A model generated the notes under the pieces. The model worked only from the letters and a program-made list of their open reading frames with translations. It had not been told where the DNA came from and did not search any database. Made by a program: the position numbers and the translations under genes. From NCBI GenBank assembly GCA_012295275.1, contig CM022669.1, positions 6,138,001-6,202,000 of the forward strand: a stretch of DNA of 64,000 nucleotides. Reading direction: 5' to 3'. The number at the start of each line of letters is the position of its first letter. Within the stretch, counting starts at the first letter, position 1. Positions 13,525 through 26,410 of the stretch are shown here, piece by piece. Source of the stretch: Chrysomallon squamiferum. Taxonomy: Eukaryota > Animalia > Mollusca.

Positions 13525-14150
13525 ACTTAGTAAAATTTGTAACTGTATCAAAACGTATCCACTTAGTACTTTTCACAGTTAAAACTGAAAAAAAACTTAT
13601 CAAAACAATGTTAGATGGGATTGTTTTCTTTCAATTTATTACTTTATTTCATTTTTTTTTTCTTGTTGTATATGTGTGTAATAAATTAATAAACAGATGA
13701 TCTCGATCGTGTGAATGAATGAAATAAATAATATAATGGTCATTTAATGAACAAGGAACTCGAAATATTATTATCGTTTTCACAAATATCCATTACTCCT
13801 TCTATATAGATAGATTTTAAACTGAAAATACTCTTAAAACTAATTATATTATTAATTTATTTGATTACCTCTCTAACTGTCTGTATGTGTATGTCTGTAT
13901 GATGTGTGGGGGTGACTGAGTATGTGTGTGTATGGAGGGGAGTTGGATTTTGTTGATTTTTAGTAGATTTTTCCATTGCGTACATATACATGTCGCATTA
14001 TTACTATAATGGACCTTTGATCCTACTGAGCTGCGTATAAATAAACTGTTTACGGTACTGTTGCACAGTAATACGTTTTAAAATTTTTTAGTAACATTTG
14101 TAACTGTATCAAAACTTATCCACTTAGTGCTTTACCAAGTTAAAAGAAAA
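13525..14150 (+). repeat. Dispersed direct repeat pair of about 60 bp
   Basis: TTAGTAA(A/C)ATTTGTAACTGTATCAAAAC(G/T)TATCCACTTAGT(A/G)CTTT at about 13527 and 14088. Confidence 0.85.
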
Positions 14151-15750
14151 ACAGCTAAATACCCAAAAGATATGTGTTCTTAAGAACATCAAGTTACTCG
14201 ATGTGATCAGTAAGAATAGTCAAATGGGTAACGATCAGCGAATTTCTTCTTTCAGATATTATAATTACCCAGAAATATCTGGTAGCTGATAATTGTTAAT
14301 TTTAGCACATTTTGTGGATATATTTCACATTAATTCATTAACTACGGACATTCGGATGTTAACTCGTTTTGTATTGTTCGTTTTCATTTCGCGGGTTTGT
14401 TTTATCGTTCCCAATTTGCACTGCACCACAGTCACGTTGCTTCCGTTTTAACGTGGCAAACGTAATAATTGTGAAGTCCGATATCATTGATTTTCTTCCA
14501 CTTTATTTATACATCTCATTAATAATTAACCAGTTAAAATGAATATGTAATATGTATTTAATAAAGCTTGTTATCTGCAGTTCACAGTAAAACTGCAGTG
14601 TTGTCAAATGCAACATATTTATTACTGAGCAACGTAGTCTGAGAATGTAGAACTGACGCATGTACGTTTAATGTGTTGGAAAAAACATGGAAACGACTGC
14701 CAAGTTAAAAAGAGGCCTGCATACCACTGAATTATACACAGCGGTATTAATAAGATTCGATTTGGTGGTTTAATGTATGGATGCTTGGATGCTTTATGTG
14801 TACTGTCCTCTGTAATTTTGTCTGTTTGATAACGGTTCTTGTTTTACTGAACATAAAAATACTTTTTTTATTTTTTTATTACATTGTCTGTTTAGGCTTT
14901 TTACAGCTGGTTTCAAGGGGAAATTGTTAAAGGTAATCTGGAGATAAAATAAATTTCAAAATTTTTGTGTCCTTTTTAACGATTTATTTACTTCAAAATA
15001 ATAATAAGAAGAAGAAGAAGAAGAAGAAGAAGAACTGAGAAAATTAAGTTGAATTTTGTTATTATATATGCTAATGATGTCATAAAGGATATATGACAAC
15101 TAGGAAGAAATGTTTTTGATTAAGGAATTATATAAGAATAATAATAAAATTAAAAAAATGATGCCATGAAGAACTGATACTGCATGGAGTCACCGCTATG
15201 CCATGGAGCCTGCTTTCTTTCGACAGTACAATCCTGTAAACAAAAGATCTAGCAATTTTAATGTTCTGTCAATATATGACAATAATTTAATTCTGTACCT
15301 CCACATGCCTATGTTCCGATCATAGGACACAGTGGACAAAATATTGGTTTTATTTTTAAACATTCAAACCTAACTGTTTTTTTATGTAAAATCTGTTACT
15401 TTCGTAGTAGTGTGAACTGATTGCATTTTGAAACACCAAGCGGTTGTTTTAGTGCTACGGATTTGCACACAGTTTGTTTTGGGATATCTAATTTTTTATT
15501 CGTAAATAAACAGAATGTGACATGGATTATTTACAGAGAATTTGAATCAATAATCATGAACAGCTTTTAATTCATTTGATAGGTGTTGGCAGCATTCTGT
15601 TTAAAAGTAATTGATGTTTATATAATTATTTCAGACTTGAGTAGGTTGGAACCGCCATCTTAAGTCAATGACCAAAGCCGTTTCATATTCCAATGGGAGC
15701 TTCAAATGTATTCCAGTCTATTCCAGGAGCTTTCTTCTTTTTTTCTTTTG

Positions 15751-15995
15751 ACACTTACAAAATATCAAGTAAGCACAACACATTAAGTAAACGTTCACAA
15801 GATATCAAAACTAACACTTACAAAATATCAAGTAAACACTACAAATGAAGTAAACGTTCACAAGATATTAAATTAACACTTACAAAATATCAAGTAAACT
15901 TACACATCAAATAAACGTTCACAAGATATTAAATTAACACTCACAAAATATCAAGTAAACACAACACATTAAGTAAACGTTCACAAGACATTAAA
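15751..15995 (+). repeat. About 62-bp minisatellite, 4 copies
   Basis: ACACTTACAAAATATCAAGTAAACACAACACATTAAGTAAACGTTCACAAGATATTAAATTA starting at 15751, 15814, 15876 and 15937. Confidence 0.95.
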
Positions 15996-16632
15996 GAAGC
16001 TTCAATGGGCAGTCGTCACTGACCACAAATCACCTTCTGGCATTGCTAAAGTCTCTCATTACTGCAGTAATTGCCACGAAAACGGGTTTCTGTCGTCATT
16101 CCATTTCAAATTTATGTGCCATGACATTTGAAACGTCCTATGACGTCTGTGTCCAAGACGGCAAGTCTGTAAACACGACAACATGCCTGGTAATATATTA
16201 ATTTTACAAAAATAACAAATTAGAGAGGAGGTGAACTATGCAAGATAAACAGATATGTGGCAGCGAAACCGATATCTCAGAAGTTTGATCGTGTATTAAT
16301 GCCTGATGTTTGTCTTGACGACAAGTCGATTATTCTTCACTTGGTAGATTGAAATTTTTGCTTCATTTTTTTCACTCCATGACATATGTACCAAAACTCG
16401 TGTTAAAAGCTCACTGTGAATGTGCGTATGAAATGTAACTTAATCATTGTTAAAGTTGGAATGGAGGAGGTTTCTTCTGAAGGCAAAACTCATGACAGAC
16501 ATGCCAGTAGCTTGTTATCCAGAGATACTGAATTAGTTAATATGCTCTCGTGATGTTCTTAATCAAATGTTTTAAATTCTAAATTCAGTTATATGAAGTT
16601 GGTCAGATTACTCAAGTGGCGTTATTTTTATA

Positions 16633-16684
<52 letters not shown>

Positions 16685-17005
16685 GGCATATGTATGTGGG
16701 TATGTGTGTGTGTGTGTGTGTGTGCATTCATATGTACTCTAGTGGCGTTATTTTTATTTTATTTATATAACAACGTAAATATTACATTAATAATTTGTAC
16801 CTCTGTATAGTCACAATGACTTGTCATTATTATTTATGGAATTAAAGCTAAGCTAAAAATGGATTAACTAAATAAAAGATTTCAGCCTCCTCTTCACACT
16901 TTTTAAGACATCTACTGTCAGTCACTGAAACCAATTAACTGAGAAAGATTAATTATTAAAAATTAGCACTTTGGTATGGTTATGTTTCCAAGTTCAACGA
17001 AATGT

Positions 17006-17530
17006 TTAGGAATTCTTCTGAGGAATTTTGATGATAACCTGTAAATAAATAAAACTTATATTAAAAAAAAATTCAAATTCAAATTTAAACAATTCAAAAA
17101 AAAACAATTAATAATTTAAATTAAAACAATTTTGAAGCATGTATTAAAATACTGCATTTTACTTCTAACCACCATTCTTTCATAATAATAAAGTATCACA
17201 AAAAAAGCTATAAGCTGAAGTACACAAACATAAGCATGAAAATTACTGGTACCAGTATTTGTCAATATCTTGTCTTGTTTCTGTTTTTCTTTGGGGGGGA
17301 ATGTTCATGGGTTGTGGTCCCCCCTCTGGTATCATTTAAGGTGTGCATCTCCAAATCGTCTAAATACTTCTTAGTTTTAATATTATAATTCTACTCACTG
17401 TTTTAACCTCGGTATATGCCTGCAGTCCATACTCTCCAAGTTCTCGTCCATTGCCAGACATCTTGTAACCACCAAATGGAGTAGACCCGTCAAATATATT
17501 GTATGTGTTAATCCTGAAAACAATTCAAAA

Positions 17531-17561
<31 letters not shown>

Positions 17562-20500
17562 TAAAAATAAAAATAAAAATAAAAATAAAAATAAAAATAA
17601 AAATAAAATAAATAAATAAAAGGAAATGATAATTTTCAAATTATGAAACAAATTAATGTAAATAATTTGATATGTTATGTTACTTTTTAAGACTTTTTTG
17701 TTATAGTTCTGGCTATTTACATTTTTTTACCTCAAGTTTACAAAATAAACAATAAATGACAAAATTTAAAATTAATCATATCACTGTAGTAAGAATGTGT
17801 TTCATATTTATCATCTTTGTTTTATTGTTTTACATTTATATTTTTACGTTTTTATTTATTAATCAATTTATTTATTTACTTTATCATTATTTATAACATT
17901 CTGAAAAACATTGCTGTGATCAATCATTTACATGCACATTCTCTTAACAGAACTCCATGTTATAGTAATCTTTTAACAACTTTTGTTTAATATTAAAAAA
18001 TATTCAAAATATGCCTTCAGCAAAGTTTGATCATCCAATCCAACGGTATCTGAATAATTTGCCGCGTTGCAGTTTTAAGATAAACAGAATTTTTTTAAAA
18101 AATTCATTACAGAATATTGATGCATTTCAAGTTAATCGAGTTAAGGGAGATAACTCCATTTAACGTAAGCTAGGAAGGATTATCTCACCAAATAGTTCCA
18201 GCACGAATGCTGTTGGCGATGTACAAAGCACGTTCGAGGTCATTTGTAACAAGGCCGGCAGCGAGTCCATATTGACTGTTGTTTGCTCTCTCGATCAGTT
18301 CTTCAGTGTCCTTGAACTTCATGATTGACATCACTGGTCCAAATATCTGAAAAATTTAAATGAACATTTAAATAAACATTTTTCTTATCAGTGATAATAT
18401 GTCGGACATGAGTGGATAAAATAATAATTTATGGTCTCTGGTCTTCGAAATTTTGAGACTGTTGAAATAATCTTACTAACTGGGGGAGCAAGGAATCTTT
18501 TGTATGTACCCACTCATATACAGCAATGAGTTTTGAATTAAGAGTCAAGGGCAATGACTGAAATGTGAAATGATGTGTACTGAGTGGATGTGATCCTGTA
18601 GCAGGACAGCACTAACCACAAAATTAAAGCATATTTTACCTCTTCCTTAGCAATTCTCATGTCATCCTTCACACCTGTGAACACTGTGGGTTCAATGAAG
18701 TAGCCACGGTTGCCATGGCGAGCTCCGCCTATTTCCAGCTTGGCACCTTGTTTCTTTCCATCTTCAATCAAGGCAAGAATTTTACCAAACTGATCATTGT
18801 CAATCTAGAAAAATAATTTATACGTGTCTATTTTAAAGCTGGTAGTTTATTAATTTCTAGTTTGATTTTACTGTGTAGTTAATAAGATCATCTCTGTTTC
18901 TAAGCCTTAACTATCTGAATTAATCTAGAATAGTTAATAAAAATTGTCTTTTTTTTTCTTGATTAAATTTTACACAAACGATCTCCCTCTGAAGAAGTAA
19001 ATTAATGTTTATTTAACAATTAAAACAACAGCACAGCATGCACTGTCAGAACCTAGGGGAAGGCAAATCTAGGGGAAGGCACCCTCTAACCCATGGACTA
19101 CATTCCTCCCTGAGTCCGTTCCACCAGTCCAGTAGTGAACCAAATAATTTTGTGGCCTGGGCAACCACCCATCATTCTACAGCACTGATCTTAAAACAAA
19201 TATCCTCCATTTTACTCTGTACATTAACATTGCTGTTTGCGAACCAAGCTGTCACTGTGTTTGAAAACTGAGTGAAGTGTTCACCTGAGGTCCTTGTTCG
19301 ACATCGTCAAATGGGTTTCCCACTGTCTTCTTCCTGGCTCTTTCGACACTTCGCTCCACAAACTCGTCATACACCTTCTCCTCCACAAACGTTCTTGATC
19401 CTGCACAGCAACACTGACCATGGTTGAAGAACAAGGCAAAGTGAGCTTGTTCCACAGCCTGCTCCACTGAAAGAAACAACAAAGTCTGTTTACTAATACT
19501 GGAAAAAAAATGATGTTAAACCTTAGTTAGGTTGTAGAATTTTTTATACAGGTTGGAAGAAGTTTTGGGATGTTTTTATTATGAAGGGAGGAATTGCTTT
19601 GTTTGGTTTTTGTTGTTTGTGTTGTTGTTGTTGTTGTTGTTGTTTTGTTTAGTTTTTGAGGGTTTTGTTTTTGGGAGTTGTTTTCTTTTAATTATTATTA
19701 TTTTATCACAAGTTAAAAATATTCCTAATGCTGCTACTACTTTGTTTTTTTTATCAGTTAATAAACAATTTTACTTATCACCATCTTCAAGATGTTTATT
19801 TTTTTCTTTGAGATTCATTTATCTAAACCATAAAGCTTAATACAGAAATTTAAAAGTATAGACCAGCTTGGGAAATACAAATATTTTATAAAGTAAAACT
19901 AAAGTAAAAAACAAATTAAACTTTACTGTTAGCATCAGCTAAAATGATGTTTGGACTTTTCCCTCCCAGTTCAAGTGTCACTCGCTTCAAATTACTTGTA
20001 GCAGCATACTGCGGAATCAGCTTACCAACCTACACAGAAATACATTTGTCTTTTAGTATACACTCTACTTATATTTCTACTATCTTCTAATGAAAAACCA
20101 AGAAAAAAAGAAATAGAAGGAAATATTTTCATTCAATAAACATTATGAGATCATCTTATATACCCTACACTAGAATCAACCAATCAACATTATAAACAAA
20201 CAAAAAATCGAAAGGAATAATTTTGTATAACAATATGTTAGTGATAAGATTTTGTGAACATAGAACAGTTACAAAGAAGTTATAAAGCCATGGTGATGGG
20301 GTTTTTTAATTTCCTTCTACTAAACAATTGGCCTTTTTACCTCTGTAGATCCTGTAAAAGCAACTTTGTCAACATCCATGTGTTTGGCAATAGCTGCCCC
20401 AGCAGTGGGTCCATATCCAGGCAGAATATTCAGAACACCTGGGGGATAACCTGCCTAAAAAAACAACAAAAAAAAAAAATATGATTAAAACATCCAAAAT

Positions 20501-23500
20501 TCAAAGAAAAAGGTTTAAAAAAATAAATTCCTTAATATACAGAAGAGAGTTACAAAACATGGAAATATAATTGTCATAATTATAACCAATCCAGATATTT
20601 TTCCTCTGTTCTGTAACTTGTTCTTTCATGGCATATGCCACATCTCCAAACATACCCTGTCTCAATCATTTACTCATATATCCACGATTTACCCCATTAG
20701 TCCATAACTGGAAAAACTGTCAAAAATTTGATCTGGTGTATTGTTTAGAAATGGGAAAACTGCTAAAATGTTATAAATTGTATTGTCTAGAATGGAAAAA
20801 ACTGCTAAAATGTTATGAATTGTATTGTCTAGAATGGGAAAACTGCTAAAATATTATGAATTGTATTGTCTAGAATGGGAAAACTGATAAAATGTTATGA
20901 ATTATATTGTCTAGAATGGGAAAACTGCTAAAATATTATAAATGGTATTCTCTAGAATGGGAAAACTGTCAAAGTGTCTACAAACGTTTTACCTCGACAG
21001 CCAGTTTGGCCACATGTAAGGCTGTCAGTGGAGTCTGCTCGGCTGGTTTCAACACAACAGTGTTACCCATAGACAGAGCTGGGCCCAGCTTCCACGCCAG
21101 CATCAGCAAGGGAAAGTTCCACTGAAAACAGACAAAATCAGAATGTCTGCACTGTGTAAGCATTCCAGTGTATCAAGACCTGAATCTGTAGCTTTCACTG
21201 TGTCATGTGAAGAATAATTCTTATATAGAATTCAAATTTAAATATTCAGTAATAATTTTCATGTTGTTGTTTATTTCTAATTTTGTTTACTATTATTATT
21301 GTTACTGTTATTGCAATCATTATGATCATCGTTATTATTGCTAATACAATTATTATTACTGCAGTTATTATTTTATTATAATTATTATTATTGTTGTTTT
21401 TAATACGACTTATTATTGTTATTGTTACTGCAATTATATTTATTATCATCTTCATCATCATAATCATCATCATCATCATTATTGAACTTACTGGTATGAT
21501 TTGGCCACAGACACCAACAGGTTCATGACGTGTGTATGCAAAGAAGTCACCATCTGTAAAAATAAAATGGCTTCCTTTTCACTTGTCTACAATGAATTAC
21601 AGTGTATAAACCAGTGTTTCCAACATTTGATAATTAAAATTAATGCAGAATGTATACTAGAGCATTCAAATATTCAATAATAACATATATATTAAATAAG
21701 CAGGCTTTGCTGTTAAATGAGCATCAAACATTAATATCCAAAATAAAAATATATAACTGAACAAGAATCATATATACCTTAACTGAGAATATCTTTATAT
21801 CAAAGATTTTGTATTCAACTTAAGTAACACAGACACAAAACAGTGTCCAGTTATAAAATAAATAATTTATATTAAATGTTCAGAGCAGAACTGAAATGTA
21901 TATAACTGAGAAATTCAAATTAAATGAGATCTCTTTATGTTTTGGATTTTTTTTTTTTTTTTTTTTTTTTTCTCTGATTTTGCTTACCAATCGGGACAGT
22001 TTGGCCATAGTTCTTGTTAGCATAACCAGCATAGTATCTAAAAATAAAAGTGAGTTTTAAATTAATGAAGAACAGTGTAATGAAAGTTGCAGTTAATAAA
22101 ACAGTACCATATCAAAGTTATTGTAATTTGTAAGGGAAGACAGTGAAACAAAATTTTTCTTCATGACCTGTCTTTGGTTGACATGGGTGAGAAGCTCTAA
22201 GAGTCCATATTGTTAAATCACTTGTATAAACTGTTAGGTAAAAATACAGTGCTGGGAGCTACTTGATGACCTAGAACCAAGATTAAAATAATTAATGAGC
22301 TTAACCTTTTGTGTTTTTGAGCAAGTAAAATTTTATAGTGGTACAGTTTTACTGTTTGGGCACTAATTTCTGTAGGTTTGATATGAAATATGATTAAGCA
22401 CTGAAAGTGATGAACAACCTGTTTATAATTATAATACCATAATAAAATAATATGTGACCAGATTCCATTCATTATTTATAAGTTTATAATCATCATCGTC
22501 ATCAGTAATTGTTATTTTATTATTATTATTATTATTATTAAAGGTTTTGTTACGATTAAATGATTACAAATTACATCAAGTCTTTTCTGCAAAGTACATC
22601 AAGTTTCTTCATTTGATCTGCAACCTAAGTGAAGCTTAACAGAATCTAAAATGATCTGCCTTGATAAAATGATAGTCAACTTCAATTTTAATGTCTGGTC
22701 TTAACAGTTGGAGGGGTGTCATCTTACAACATCAACACCAGCATCAGTTTAGAACTTACTTTTTCTGAATAATAAAATGTGCCAAAACATCCATTAAAAT
22801 TTGTTCAGTGTATTTTATATTATAATTTTTGCACAATTTCTCATTTGAAAAGTTCACCTGAGACACTTGATAGACAAAGGGACATCAGCGTTGTAGGACA
22901 TGAAGTAAGGTTTGCCATTGTCAAGAGTCTCCAGTGACTGAAAATATTGTTTTTCTTTTGAATTACTGCTTTTAAAATATATATATAAAAATATATAAAT
23001 AAAAATTAAAATTTAAAAAAATAATAATAATAATTAAATAAAAATTAAATTAAATAGAAAAATAATTAAAATTAAATCAAATAAAACATTTTTGAAAATT
23101 TCTAAAAAGAAAAAGAATTTTAAAATTTAATTTAAAATAATAATAAATTAAGAAAAATGAAAACAAACAACTGCTAAATAACATGAACATTTTAGCAGAT
23201 TAAAATGTATCTACAATGATTTAATAAACAGATTAAACACATTTTATATTACTTTCTCATGCTACTTTTTTAACCATTCTTTGCTAATAATAAAGCAAGA
23301 CCATAAATTAAGCCTGAAATTTCTAAAAAAAATAAAATAAAATAACAACAGTAACAATTACTAAAAGAGGAAAACAAACTAAAATTAAGAACAAACACCA
23401 TTATGTTGTTGTTGTTACACAAGATGTCATCACATACTTACAGCCAGGTAGACAGCGTCCTGTTCAATGAGATCTGCCAGCTTGTACATCAGTCTTCCAC

Positions 23501-23630
23501 GATCTGACGCATCCATTCGTCGCCATGGTGACCCGAGTTTGAAGGCATCTTGAGCTGCCTTGACAGCAATGTCAACATCAGCCTGAGAAACAAAAAAATA
23601 TATTGTTATAAAAATACAAATATATGTGTA

Positions 23631-23684
<54 letters not shown>

Positions 23685-26375
23685 TATATATATATTAACA
23701 GTGGCAGATCTTTACAGTTTTTAAAAATCACCACATTAATAAAAATTACACTTTTGATCTTTTTAAAACTCATTTTGTTCTTTGTTTATGAGATTATGAT
23801 ACAAATGCATATGATGCTTTAAATATATCAGTTTGTTTCTAAATATAAATTATTGCATCAGCGAAGAGATAATTGAAAAATTTATGTTTTGGATTAAAAT
23901 ATACATGTACAAAATAAAAGGTATGATAGCTGCAAAAAGAAAAATATAGGAAATATTCTATTCATTTCTATTCACAGGCAGAAAAAGGCCAATTCTTTAC
24001 AGAATATTGTTATTAAATTATGTCTTCAAGAATGGGTGACTAAATGTTATTTCTAAGCATGCATTAATAATAAATCTAGTAATAATTTTTAAAAAAATGC
24101 CAACCTAATTGCAAAATTGTCTGGCAAAACTACACTAACTGACAAAAGAGACTGCTGGTCTACAACCTGCTTTAAGCCATAACTTTGTAAGATAAAAGCT
24201 GATTAGAGGCAAACAGCTAAACAAATTTAATGAAAAATATAAACACCAGCAGGTCAAGTAAAAAAGGCTGTTTGTTAGAAGTTCCTGGAACCATTAAACA
24301 GTGTGAGAAAAATCACCTGCTGTGGTCTGTTAAATAACCTGGCCTTGAAATTAATGGCATAGCCAAAAATATACACAGATCTGATTAATATTAATTTGTA
24401 CTATTTGAATCCAACATATGACTGACTTGCTGAAGATCTTTAGCAGCTTGTTGTTAGTATCACTGACTTGGACAGGTATTGCTGGTTATCTTACTAAAAC
24501 TCTCTCTCTCAGATGGGTAGGATTGCAAGCATAACATGTAGTTCTGCCAGAGGTCAAGTTAATAAACTAAGAATCATATTTTGGTATAGTCATCTACTTC
24601 AGATGAAATTTGTGCAGTTATATTTCAAATTTTTCCTCCGATTTTAAACTCATAATAATAATTTGTGTTTTGGTAATCATAAAAAAAATAGATTTTTATA
24701 TATATATATATATATATATAAATTTAAATTTAAAAAAAAAAAATTGAAAAAAAAAAAAAAAATTATAAAATAAAAATAATAATAATAATACCTAATGCTT
24801 GCTTGTTTTATTTCACATTAGATAATTTGTAAATCTGTAAAGAGTGGACAGATTATTGATGAATGTATCTAACAAGGAATTCAATTAAAAAAAAAAAAAA
24901 ACAAGAGGGCAACATAATAATACTCCAACTAAGATTCAGCATTTTACATTCTATTGTACAATTATAAAATTCTATAAACTGGATGATACAATCATCTTTA
25001 ATTTTTTTTTGTTATAAGTAGGATTGTAATGTTTTTTAATTGGCTGTGTTTTTGTTGTGTACAAACCATGATTTCAGTAAATGGAATGAAGTGATCTACT
25101 TAATTTTCAAGATGAAGTCAATTTTATTATGAAAAATGAAAGTAACATCCCTCTGGATCCCAAATATAGAAATGATTTGTCCCTTTCACACATCAGTCAT
25201 GGAGTAGAGTTAGGAATGGGAAATTAAAAAAACTGACACATCAGTGAGGATTAATCCTATAGTCTAAATGCCTAGAGTGGTCTACCCCAGAGTTCAACCT
25301 AGTCCATGTATCTGGTATATTTGTAAATGACTGTGGGAAACAGCTGTTTCTTACTGACCTCATTGATTATTTTGTTAAATGAGGATAGATTTTTCTGACA
25401 GTGATATGCATGTGTACAACAAGCAGGGTTCAGGTCACAAGACAAGTTAGGTCATGAGGGCCTAGACCTTGGAGTGGTCTCCTATAATCACATGCCCTAC
25501 AGGTATAGTCTAAAATGTACTGATATACACAGAACAAACAGGCAGAAAAACACATTCATGCAAAACAAACATATAGAGCCCTATACACAAACATACTTGT
25601 ACACAAAACAGTGTGTAACTGATTAGGCATACAGTTTATAAGGAAAATGCTTGGCTAAAAAACCAATCCCATACATATTCGTGCATGAGTGCATACACAA
25701 ATATTCATGCATGACTGCATACACAAATACAGATGCAGTTAACAATGCAAAATGAATACATCAGTAAATGAAGGTTATCATATTACTAGCACTGTTGGGT
25801 TTTTTGCAAGTTTATTTCAGATAAATGCCTCTGTGACAATTTTAACTTAACAGCTCAAAACTGAAATAAATCAATCAAATATAATTAGACTACAAAAGAA
25901 AAAAGAAGAAGAAGAAGAAGAATGTTTCATTTTTTATAACATTTACTTTGGATTCAGTACAAAGTCATGATGTTTCTGAAATTTTTCAGTTTGTTACACA
26001 TCATCAGTTCAGTGCCATCCTTTAACTAATCATCTATTTTTTTCTTTTCTTTTTTCTTTTTGTTTTTTAATCTCATGATGACAAATTCTGAATTTTATCT
26101 AGAACAAAAAGTTTCCACTAATTTTCCATTTCACATCATCTAATACATACAGTAAATAATTATAGACCTGTACTATGTGTTTGTATCAAATTTATTTCAA
26201 GAGAATTTTAAAATGACACTGCATCCTGTATATCACATGACTTACTTTGTGAGTGTGCTGGAAAGAATGTAAGATTAAAAGCTTTACAGCTTTTTATGTC
26301 TGGATGTGCTGGCAGCTATCAAAAATTATTTAGGAAATGATCTTACTTTCTTCCATTTATTTATTTTAGTATTTT

Positions 26376-26410
<35 letters not shown>

